From positions 1 through 59,150 of the forward strand of contig JANQLH010000170.1 of NCBI GenBank assembly GCA_028280735.1: a stretch of DNA of 59,150 bases, in the 5' to 3' direction. This document shows, piece after piece, positions 8,774 to 19,300 of the stretch (its first letter is position 1; each line of letters opens with the position of its first letter). The stretch comes from SAR324 cluster bacterium (GTDB lineage Bacteria > SAR324 > XYD2-FULL-50-16). The notes under the pieces were generated by a model. That model saw nothing but the letters and a program-made list of their open reading frames with translations, had not been told where the DNA came from and did not search any database. Made by a program: the position numbers and the translations under genes.

Positions 8774-8792
8774 ACCGGGACCTGCACGACGA

Positions 8793-8873
8793 TTAACAGC
8801 TGCTCTTTTTTTTCGGTGGGCCTGGTTAAATGATGAGTTCTGTTACCATCAATTTAACGGCAGCAGCTGTTAA
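8793..8873. repeat. 12-bp inverted repeat in the convergent gap between the AT gene and the STAND gene
   Basis: TTAACAGCTGCT (8793-8804) pairs with AGCAGCTGTTAA (8862-8873), leaving a 57-nt loop. A T8 run (8806-8813) follows the left arm. This may be a bidirectional terminator or processing structure, but it is not a canonical intrinsic terminator. Confidence 0.25.
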
Positions 8874-8889
8874 CACCATTCTTCCCTGC

Positions 8890-11800
8890 TCAGCGCCGTT
8901 GGCCGGCGACTTCGGATGGAAGCGGAAAATCGGGCACAGCAGCCCTGTAAATGGTCAGAAACTTTTCTTTTCCCAGCTTCACTTCCAATTCCACAAGCTT
9001 TTTCAAAACAAGCTCGGGATTCACCAGATGTTCTTTTTTTATGATCCCCTCCCAGAGTTCGCTAAATAGAGTAGCTGCTGTTTCAAACTCCTGCTTTTTA
9101 TACGCTAGATCACCTTTCAGAAATGTAGCGACGATGGTCAACTCGTTGTCATCAAGATTACTCTCCAGTTTTGCAAGCAGTTTTGAAGCCGAGTCAAATT
9201 CCTCTCGATTCGTACGACTCTGAATGATATCAATCAGTATTTTGTTTTTTGTTTCCTCCTGTAGCAACTCATGAGGAATATCTTCCAGCAATCTCTGTTC
9301 CAGGGCTATGGTTTCATCCAAATTCCCCAAGGCTTCTTCGCAACGAGCAAGAGACTGAAGGGAAGTTACTATTTGAGTATAATCCTCCTTATGTTCATAA
9401 TATGATAAAGACAGCGAACTAAGATTTCTTCTTGCTTCCCAATTGCCCTCTGTTCTGTAGCATGTCTCCAAAAACATCAAAGCGTTTTTGAATATCACTT
9501 CGCTTAACGATTGGTCTGATCGTAATTGTGCTTCCCAAAAGGCAATGGTTTTAATTAGAACGGCTTCTCCTTTTACATCCTCACAGAGAGCCGCACTACT
9601 TGCTATTCTCAACCAGACTATCGCATGTTCTTCGGAAAAAGCAGGATCAACATGCAAAAAATCATGTTTTTTCATGAGCTGAAGGCACCAGCTTTCTACC
9701 AACTTTTTCAACCCTGCCCTGTTTAGTATATTGGATAAATGATTTTTACCTTCCAAAAAAGCGTAATACTCGTTGTGATCCAACAGGACTTCTAAATCTG
9801 CTAACCATCTGAAATAATTCTCGACCACAAGCCCGTACAACACAGGACTGCTCTGCTGCGCCAGAAAAGGATCAAGTACCTTCAGTTCCAAACAACGGAT
9901 TTTTCCAAGGATCAGGTCAATTTTTTCCCGGGCTTTTTCCGACCATCTGAATAATTCTTTTTTCTTTTTCAAAAAGGCCGGTGTGAGATGATGAACTTCT
10001 TTATAAGATGGCTTTGGAAGGTAAAAGCCTGTTTTAGCTGCTGCATCCAGTATCTCTGATATCTTGGCAACCTTGGGAACATTTAGTTGGTCGCAAAGTT
10101 GTCGTCCCGGCGATCGGTAGGTTTTATCTTCCATTTCCGCAGCTATGGAAAATGCATCCGTTATAAACAGTTTCATGCCTGATAATGCGGCCAAGACGGG
10201 CTTCCAATTTTCCGGAATCAATTTCCAACTTTTTTCAAACCAAGCCGGTAGTGTGTTTTCATTACCATTCGCTTGGAGATCGGTTATTTCGCTCATCAAA
10301 TCATTGGCTGTTTTTTCTTCCAACTGAGGCAATACTCGTTGCATTAGATAAGGGTGACCCCGGAGAGAATCGAGCAATCCATCGTACCCCGGTTGATCTT
10401 CTTTGTCCTCAATCTTTGCCTGTCTTAAAATGTGTGCTGCTAACGCTCTTCTATCGTAATTGGATAAACCCGACACAGGGATAACTTCGATATTCGGAAG
10501 CGCTCTTGCGGTTTGAGCATTTGAGTCAAGAACAATAATCCGGCTGTTTCCTTGACTGATCTCCCCGATAAACTCATCGAGTTCCTGTTTTTCACCCTCA
10601 TCTAATGGTTTTGCAATTACATTGTGGTTACCCACCAAAGAATAGTTATCAAAGACAAGAAGAAATTCCTCCTTAATCATTATTTTCTTTGTTTCCCCGG
10701 CATCAGCGTTCTCCCCGTTCAGATGATGTCCTATCATTTGCAGAATGCTTTCTTTAGAGTATGCTCCTTTTCGATAATCAAAATAAAACGCTGTTTTTCT
10801 TCTGGCCTGCGCCACCAGTTTATAGGCAACATTGTGAACCAGATGAGTTTTACCAATCCCGGCCTCTCCAATAAGAAGAGCTATCTTTTGTTTTTTGAAA
10901 GCCCGCACAACTCTCGTTAGTTCAGCATCCCTGCCCCAGAATTCAGCAAGTGATAAGTATTCCTGATGAAAACCAACCACATTTTTATTAATTTCCGGAA
11001 TCAGTTTCGGCTCCGTGGGTTGTAACGCAAGATTGTCTCCTTCAATAAGCTCAAGCTCCCGGTTCCCAAAATGGATGGCAATCGGCCAATCATGTAGATC
11101 CTTGGCTTGGGCTGATAATATATTCTGCGGAGTATTCAACTGCATCACCTTTCGGGTTTCCACAACAGCTTTTCCCAGTGAATTGCCCGCTAAGATTTGA
11201 TTATAGAAAATCTGAAAATACCTCGCTTTTGAGAATGGATAGGATGCGTAGTTCGAAATGACAAGATTATTAGGACCGCCGTTTAAAAACATGGCTGAGC
11301 TTTTTTCAAGTTCTTTGGAAAAGTTTTGTTGCTGCCCGGATTCTGCCGGTTTCAGGTCTAATACGAGTCCCTCTATCTCAGCCTCCGTCAGTTTTTTTGA
11401 GATTTCTTCAATTGAAATTAACGACTCTTTAGCGGATTCGTTTTCAAACATCAAATGCAGGGTAAATGAACCATCCTGTTTGGCAGCAGCAAGCTTTCCA
11501 AAACCTTCAAAATGAATCAAATGATATTTTGACTTACCTTCGGTAATTTTGTTTAGAAAATTGCTCCAGGTAGGAAGCTGCAGCACCTCCAGGTTAATGA
11601 CATGTTCATGTTGCAACAGCCCCATGTAGAAAAGAGAAAAAGTGGATTGCAAACACTCATCACCAGCGCCGGTCGGTGTTGGAGCAACAATAAGAACGTT
11701 CAAGGGTTTTTCGGTAGATAGCGCAAGGCACTTCCTTTCCGGGAGTTCCTGAGGAAGAGTTCTAATGAATGCGGAAACAGATGTGGACAGGTAACGATTT

Positions 11801-12219
11801 GAATCCGGAAGGACCAATAACTCCCAGGGTTCATTAAAAAACCCTGGTCGATCCGACTCGATTGTGACAACAACATTTTCGAGCTTGTATTCATCAAGCT
11901 TCTCTAATATGACATATAAAACATAATCATCAGCAAATAGCTGCTCCCCCATCTCCCTGCCGAGCCGAATTAATTTTTTGACAGTTTTATCTGCCCTCAT
12001 CCGCTGGTCTTTACAACCGTTAACCAAAAATTCACGGTAATACCATTCCAATTCATCTTTGAACTCCTCATCCACTGGAGATGGGAAATAGTTGACTTCG
12101 TGTGACAAGGTTGTTTCCTTTAAAATGGCCTGGATTTCTATTTTTTCCGAAATACCTTGATGACCATGCTTATCAATGATCCTTAAATACGCTTCATTCA
12201 TATGTTTCTTCCTAAGCAT
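8890..12219 (-). CDS. CHAT-like (apparently inactive) / STAND P-loop NTPase / TPR-repeat protein
   Basis: The 1109-aa product has three regions:
- N-terminal CHAT-like fold (PWELLVLPD, NVLIVAPTP, YHLIHFEGFG, LVLDLKPAES, NGGPNNLVISNY..FYNQILAGNSLGKAVVETRK)
- Walker A GEAGIGKTHL (~10851-10875) and Walker B LLVFDNY (~10650)
- a helical TPR-like C-terminal ~300 aa

There is an alternative ATG at 12201 with AGGAAG upstream. Confidence 0.85.
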   Translation of the reverse strand: MLRKKHMNEAYLRIIDKHGHQGISEKIEIQAILKETTLSHEVNYFPSPVDEEFKDELEWYYREFLVNGCKDQRMRADKTVKKLIRLGREMGEQLFADDYVLYVILEKLDEYKLENVVVTIESDRPGFFNEPWELLVLPDSNRYLSTSVSAFIRTLPQELPERKCLALSTEKPLNVLIVAPTPTGAGDECLQSTFSLFYMGLLQHEHVINLEVLQLPTWSNFLNKITEGKSKYHLIHFEGFGKLAAAKQDGSFTLHLMFENESAKESLISIEEISKKLTEAEIEGLVLDLKPAESGQQQNFSKELEKSSAMFLNGGPNNLVISNYASYPFSKARYFQIFYNQILAGNSLGKAVVETRKVMQLNTPQNILSAQAKDLHDWPIAIHFGNRELELIEGDNLALQPTEPKLIPEINKNVVGFHQEYLSLAEFWGRDAELTRVVRAFKKQKIALLIGEAGIGKTHLVHNVAYKLVAQARRKTAFYFDYRKGAYSKESILQMIGHHLNGENADAGETKKIMIKEEFLLVFDNYSLVGNHNVIAKPLDEGEKQELDEFIGEISQGNSRIIVLDSNAQTARALPNIEVIPVSGLSNYDRRALAAHILRQAKIEDKEDQPGYDGLLDSLRGHPYLMQRVLPQLEEKTANDLMSEITDLQANGNENTLPAWFEKSWKLIPENWKPVLAALSGMKLFITDAFSIAAEMEDKTYRSPGRQLCDQLNVPKVAKISEILDAAAKTGFYLPKPSYKEVHHLTPAFLKKKKELFRWSEKAREKIDLILGKIRCLELKVLDPFLAQQSSPVLYGLVVENYFRWLADLEVLLDHNEYYAFLEGKNHLSNILNRAGLKKLVESWCLQLMKKHDFLHVDPAFSEEHAIVWLRIASSAALCEDVKGEAVLIKTIAFWEAQLRSDQSLSEVIFKNALMFLETCYRTEGNWEARRNLSSLSLSYYEHKEDYTQIVTSLQSLARCEEALGNLDETIALEQRLLEDIPHELLQEETKNKILIDIIQSRTNREEFDSASKLLAKLESNLDDNELTIVATFLKGDLAYKKQEFETAATLFSELWEGIIKKEHLVNPELVLKKLVELEVKLGKEKFLTIYRAAVPDFPLPSEVAGQRR

Positions 12220-13328
12220 TTATTATGTGGTAATTGTCTACTTTGGGATCAAAACAAGGAACTCCCCAAGACATGTGAATCTGGAAATAAAACAAATGGT
12301 TTTTCGAGTAAATATTCATCCCGTTTTACCTGCCCCCGCTTGTTGCGGTTTTCTTGTCTCTTTTTATCAAGACTCATTTTAGAACTGTTCTTGCGTTTTC
12401 TACAGGTTGATAGGATAAGCACATTTACAGCTCAAGAGAAAAGTATAGAGCAGGAACATTAGCAGAGATTTTCTTAAACGTCTTGTCCAAAGCGCAAAGC
12501 TTATCATAATTAAACAAATAGCCTAATTATTTATATTTTTAAAATTATCGTTTATTTTAGATTTAAGATTATGTTTTAATTTTTTATATCGTCAATCTAA
12601 AATATTAAATATATTTTTAACCATTTAATTTATTTACCTATTAAAGATTCTATACGAATTCTTTAACAAAAACCATAATAACAGTCGTCTATAACAAATG
12701 ACTATTAACTATTCTTGCTCACACACAAATTTTTTTAACTCAATATCGAGCACAGACGTTGAACAAGGGGTTTTAGATATTAATTATAAACATGTTTTAT
12801 TTATAATTATTTTTGATACTTTTTGGTAAAAAGTTAACATTTTTATTACTATTTATCCGTTCGATATGAAAACAATCGCCTATTAAATGCTGACTATCAG
12901 GAGTTTTCAGGTCTAACAGCAATAATCTCTCACAAAAAATCCACAATAGTGTTTAGCAGGTTGTTGCGGCGATATACTTTAAGATATAAATAGACGCCCT
13001 TTGGCAGCAAGGCTGGAGGGATTTCATAAAGCTTTTGTTGCAACCCTGCAAGGTTAAACCTGTCAAGAAAATCTTTGGAAGATTGAGGAAAGGTCCATAT
13101 GTCACCACTCCAGAAATAAGATTTAAATATTAGCTTTGATTGTGTCTCAAACAGTCACATTGATTAGCCGGATTTCACTGTGTTCTTAAAGGATTTCTTT
13201 GCTCCGTATCGGTTTGTGTCCAACACAGCTTGATCATTTCAATAAAGGAAAAAAAGGAATCCACCGGGTTGCAGATGTTTTCCCAAAAATCCTTGATTAA
13301 CTAAATACGGTGATTTTTGAGTTCAGCC
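12220..13328. promoter_or_regulatory. 1.1-kb AT-rich divergent intergenic region between the STAND gene and PKS1 (promoters and leader)
   Basis: This is the longest non-coding stretch in the window. The core at ~12480-12900 is extremely AT-rich. It holds a 10-bp inverted repeat, ATTTTAGATT (12554-12563) / AATCTAAAAT (12594-12603), and direct ATAACA-N7-ATAACA and ACTATTA-ACTATT repeats near 12680-12715. It must contain the promoters for both divergent transcription units, but I cannot place them. Confidence 0.4.
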
Positions 13329-16300
13329 ATGACAATAGCCAAAAATAATGAGTGCGACGTAGCTATTATTGGTATCGCTTGCAGATTTCCCGGGGCAGAA
13401 GACTATCACCGGTATTGGGAAAATCTGGCAACCGGTATAAATTCTATTCGCGAAATCCCCTCGAATCGTTGGGATTTGTCAAAATTCTACTCTTCCGATT
13501 TCACGGCCCCAAATAAAAGCATCAGCAAGTGGTGTGGCATAGTAGAGGATTTAGATTGTTTTGATTATCGATTTTTTAATACCTCCCCACATGAGGCACA
13601 GTACATTGATCCCCAGCAACGGATGTTGTTGGAAGAATCCTGGCGTTGTGTTGAAGATTCGGGGGTTCCGCTGGAGGAACTCCGATCAAAAAAGACAGCA
13701 GTAATAATAGGGGTGATGGCAAATGATCATCTTCATAAAATGGCCGATGCCAGGATTGAAACTTCGGCTTACGCCTGTTTGGGTAATTATGAATGCATCA
13801 TTGCCAACAGACTTTCCAACTATTTTGCTCTGACCGGGAAAAGCATTTCTATCAACGGGGCTTGTTCCTCATCAGCTATAGCCATCCATGAAGGTCGAAA
13901 ATCACTGCAGTTAAAAGAGAGTGACTATGTTCTGGCCGGCGGAGTCAATCTCAATATTCATCCCTGGAAGTATGTTTCGTTTTCAAAAGCGAGGATGTTA
14001 AGCCCTGACGGTCAATGCAAGACATTTGATCAGGACGCAAACGGTTATGTTCCCGGAGATGGTATTGGTGTCTTGCTCATGCAACTCAAAGAAAATGCAA
14101 TTGAAGCGGGAAACCATATTTACGGAATTATCAAGGGATCAGCCGTTAACCATGTAGGCGGAACCGACTCCATAACCGCACCGGACATTGAAGCGCAAAA
14201 ATCTGTTATTTTGGATGCGTACAGTGATGCCGGTATATCACCTGATTCTGTTTCATATGTTGAGGCTCATGGAACCGGGACCTCTTTGGGAGATCCCATT
14301 GAAATCCAGGCAATCAGCCAGGCTTTTGCTGAATACACGGAGAAAAAATCCTTTTGCAAAATCGGGTCGGTAAAAACCAATATCGGTCACCTGGAAGCCT
14401 CTGCCGGTGTGGCCGGCGTTATAAAAGTTTTAATGATGATGCAGAACCAGGCCATACCGCCCAGTTTGAATGTCAGCATCTTAAATCCGCTGATTCAGTT
14501 TGAGCAGACACCGTTTACGGTGGTCCAAAACCTTGAACCATGGAAGCCAACCAGCCATGAAAAAGGATTGAGGGCCGGGATCAGTTCCTTTGGTTTTGGA
14601 GGAGCCAATTGCCACATTTTGTTGGAGTCATACCCAGAGTCACTTCCCGGGAAAAAGCTCCCGGATTCAAATAAAGCAACTGCCACAGCAAAATCTGTTT
14701 ATCCTTTTTTATTGTCTGCGCGCTCTTTATCCAGCCTTGAGCTGGCAGTCAAAAAATGGATGTCTTATCTGGAAAGCTCCGATCCCAACACACTTAAGAT
14801 CGAGGAAATATCTTCCACGCTTCTCCATGGACGCCAGCATTTTAACTTTCGATTTGCCTCACTAGTTTCTGATATCACTGAAATCAAAAGCGCTTTGAGA
14901 GGATTTGAACCTAAAAATTCACAAGTATACAAATCGTTATCCCTGCACATAAATGATGTATCAGGCAGTGTTCAGGTTTTTGCAGACGATGCCCGTGAAA
15001 ATACCGCTTTTTTTTCAAAGATTTCAGAGCTTAAAAAGCAAACCGGGATAACCGGGCAACCGGAAAAATCGGAAACACCTGTTGTTGATGCATTCATTCA
15101 ATCTTACCTATATCTAGCCGATTTACTGACAGCAGGTTTTAAACCGGCACATATTTTGGCATCAAAAGAGGGCTTCTGGCTCGGGTTGGCAATTTCAGGG
15201 ATCGTCTCTGTGCAAGATGCGATTAAAGCACAATTAGGAAGACAGCATATAAAGACGTTAAAGGTCAAAAGGCCCGTGATACCAATCCTTAATCCCCTGG
15301 CAAACCGACTGGTTCGTCTATATCACATTGACCATCTGTATTTCGAGAAACTGATAGAAAGCAGTTTCCTTGATCAAAAGCAAATAGATGGCTTGCTACT
15401 GTTTTATAAGAAACTGAAATCAAACCAGTTTACCTTTAAGAAGTATATGGAGGAATGGGACAAACACCTGGAAAAGGCTGGTCAAGCCGTAGATCGCCTG
15501 ATCAATGAGACTGGTGATAAGGTTCATGTGCCGGAGTTGCCGAGGCAGTCCCTGCTTTTGTTTGTGATTTTAAACTCTTCTTTACAAAGGCTTCATCAAA
15601 AATGGAGTTTACCGTTCAATTCAGGCATCCAGAATATGCCTTTTCTTGAATTGACCGACCTGATCATTGATGAAGTCGTCACAAAAAGAGAACTGGTTCA
15701 GCTTCTACTTGGTGACCGGTCAAATAAAAGCACCTTCTATCATGAAATCAATGAACGACAGCATAAACTCGATCCTGTAAAGCCCTATCAAATCCTTAAA
15801 GCCTGCAATACAGCAATTCGGGAAATCGATGATTTTCAACACTGGTGCGAGTCATGGTTGAAAGGGAATCCATCAATCCAAGGTTTTGAAGAAAGCAATT
15901 CATGTTTTTTCGGACGGATGACGAAAGAGCAAAATGTTATTTCCATCAATCCGAACACTTCCAGCTACCAGCAAAGTGTTGAACGGACCTTGGTGGATTT
16001 ATGGAAAAACGGAGCAGAGATCGATTGGCGCAAGGTCACACCGGTTTCAAAATCCAAAAAAGTTCCTTTGCCGACCTATCAATTTGAAAAACACCGCTTG
16101 GACTTCCTTGGCAGGCCTGCTTTTACTAACGGCCCATCAGAAGACAGCGCGAAAACACCTACAAGTGCTCCCGCTCCGACAATAGCCATTGCGGCTCATG
16201 AGAATCATGCCAATCGTTATGTTGCAACGTTAAAGTTTGAGGACTGGTTTGTTCGTGATCACGTGATTGATGGCAAAACGGTCTTACCGGGTGCCGTTTC

Positions 16301-19300
16301 GGTTGAAATGCTGTTTACGGCTTTTAAAAAGCATAGTGGAAGACTTCCCGACATTATAGAAAGTATTACCTGGTACAAGCCTGTATTTTTCGATGCGGAC
16401 AGGACATTGAACATAGATTTTGAAACAACAGGGGAATCAAGCAGTTTTTCGATATTCAGCGAATCCGACACAGGTAACAAAGATATCCACGTAAAAGGAA
16501 AGTTAAGCAGTTCCCGGGAATTACCATTGAAGCCTGCCCCTGTTGTTCCCGAGCGCATCATGAACCAACATCAAGCATTTTTAAACAAAACTGCCGTTTA
16601 CGATGCATTCCAAAAAGCCGGATATTGTTATGGACCGGGATTTCAAGTAGTTGAGTCGGCCTATATCAATGACCTGGAAACCCTGGCGGTGCTTTCGATT
16701 TCCAAAGACCAGGAGTTGGAACATGCTTTTGCCGTTCATCCCGCATTGTTGGACGGCGCACTACAAACTGCCATTATTCCTTTGCTGGAAGTTGCCACCA
16801 GACAAAAGCACTTTTATTACCCGTATTTTGTAGAAAAACTATATTGCAATCATGATGTGTCGGAGCCCAAGTTTGCGCATATTACTTTAACTCATCCTGA
16901 TCAGCCGGCTGATTCTGACATAGTAAAATGCCACGTTAATGTATTTAACAACAAAGGGAATTCGTATCTTCATTTAAGGAATCTTTCATTTAAAAAAGCG
17001 GTCAGCAAGCCGGTCCACGCACCTGATATTGAGCTGAATCTTTCCACTGTTCTTTATGGATCAGCTTGGCTACCCAGTAATGATGTATCTATCAAAACTC
17101 TTCCTAATCGATCTCAAAAGCAGCACATCATTTTTTTCCTCCCTCGTATATCGAATGATGTGGATGTTTTTGAGATAAAGCGTATTGCCAGGGTGTTTGA
17201 AACAGGACTCCCGTCGATTGTCGTGCGTCCTTCCAATGAATACAAACAAATTGATAACACCTGTTTTGATATCGTTCCCAACAACCTGTCTAGCTATCTT
17301 TCACTATTACACACGCTGGCTCGGCAAGGAATGGTTATCAGCGATATTCTGCATTTATGGTCATATGGTGTCGAATTATCCGAGGCTGCCGACTTAAATG
17401 AACTAAAAACCTTCAGTATCAATTCTCTGTTCAATCTTTGCAAAGCCATTAGCACCGTCAATCCGGAACAACACGTCAATATACTCTATTGTTATCACAA
17501 GAGCTGGGCTGCACTAAATCCCATCCCTGCTGCTTTAAGTGGATTTTTCAAATCGGTTGGTTTGGAGAACTCCGGAATACATGGTCGAGTACTTGCGATC
17601 GGCAGCCACGAACATGATAAGGGGAAATTGCCTAAGCTTGAACTGCTGAAAAAGGAGTTTGACTATCACTTACCCGCTGGAACGGAAACCACCCTCAATA
17701 ATAATGAAAGACGTTTGTTTGCCTATCAACAAACAAGTTTTGCAGACCAGAATCGATATCGTTTATCGATCAGGGAAAACGGTACCTATCTGATTACCGG
17801 AGGATTGGGTGGAATCGGGGTTATTATCAGTGAGTATTTGCTTAGTCAATCCAGAGTAAACCTCATATTAACCTGTCGCTCTGAGGCTTCAAATGATCAA
17901 TTAAAAGAGTTAACCGCCGGGAATCAAAATACTTCAAAAATCACTTACCTGAAGTCGGATATTGCCTCACAACAGGGCGTTGACGAGTTAATCTCCCATT
18001 TAGACAAAGACAACCAGTCTCTGAACGGTATCTTTCACTGTGCAGGTGTTACCCATGACGCGACGCTCCACAATAAAGAGCTGTCTGATGTGAACCGGGT
18101 TATAGGTTCTAAGGTCGATGGCACGTTATACCTTGACGAAGCAAGCAAGAATGAACCATTGGACTTTTTTATTCTGTTTTCTTCCACCACGGCTGTTTTC
18201 GGCAACATAGGTCAATGCGACTATGCTTTTGCAAATCGGTTTTTGGATTACTATGCACCCTATCGTGAAGAATTAAGACAGCGTGGGGAAAGATCGGGCA
18301 GCACCATCAGCATCAATTGGCCCGTATGGAAAGACGGAGGCATGCAAATTTCCGAAAGTATTAAAAAACAGTTTTTCAACCTTTTTGGAATAGTTCCTTT
18401 AAACACCAACGAAGCGATTAAAACCCTTGAAACAGCTTTTGTTGCACCATTTCAAAATCTTTTGGTGGTGTCCGGAGATCAAGATAAAATTACCAGGGAT
18501 CTGACAATTTATCAAAAGGAAGAGATGACAATCGCAAAACAGGAGTCTGATAAAAGACCGAAACCGGACGACCAATCCTATTTACAATTATTTCAGGATG
18601 AATTTACTGCTATCGCCGCATCCCAGCTTCATCTGGACGCTTCAGCCATCGATATTCATGAGGATATGAGTGACTTTGGCTTTGACTCAATCAGTTTCAC
18701 AGACATTACCAATGCTCTTAATGATAAATTCGAAATAGGCTTGGCTCCAACAATCTTTTTTGAAAAGAAGACGTTGGCCCGAATCGTTGATGCTATCTGG
18801 GAGGATTATCGCGAAGAGCTGCTTCACTATTATGGAAAGACTGACGATCTGAATAAAAAGGAATTTGAAACGATTGCAAAAACAGATGACATGGAAATCA
18901 AGGAATCTGGTTCTTCGATCCCTCCAAAAACGGGCAACGGCGTCCATAAAACCAATATAATTGCTGGTAATCCCAAAGCAATTGCGATTATTGGGATGAA
19001 TGGCAAATTACCAGGGTCTGATAATCTGGAAGAATTCTGGGAACATCTCGAATCAGGCAATGATTTGATTTCTGAAATCCCGGGTGATCGATGGAATTGG
19101 AGTGATTACCATGGTGATCCTCGTGAAGAGGAAAACAAAACAAACATAAAATGGGGTGGTTTTATGAGGGATGTGGCCTGTTTCGATGCCCCGTTTTTTA
19201 AGATATCTGCTCGTGAAGCCGAATTGATGGATCCCCAGCAACGAATATTGCTGGAGTGCGTTTGGAATACCATAGAAGATGCGGGCTACAATATCGATAG

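Noticed and set aside
8806-8813. T8 run after the AT gene, as a possible intrinsic terminator.
   Set aside because: There is no adjacent GC-rich short hairpin. The only pairing partner for the upstream arm is 57 nt away. I report it as a repeat only.
12202-12462. Small plus-strand ORFs (68 and 86 aa) at the start of the divergent intergenic region.
   Set aside because: They overlap the STAND gene start in antisense, are low-complexity, and have no motif or plausible ribosome-binding site.
12808-12815. TATTTTTG, which matches the Bacteroidota -7 promoter consensus TAnnTTTG.
   Set aside because: No -33 TTTG lies at the right spacing, the taxon is unknown, and such a match is expected by chance in DNA this AT-rich. 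It would also imply a ~510-nt leader. I do not call it a promoter.
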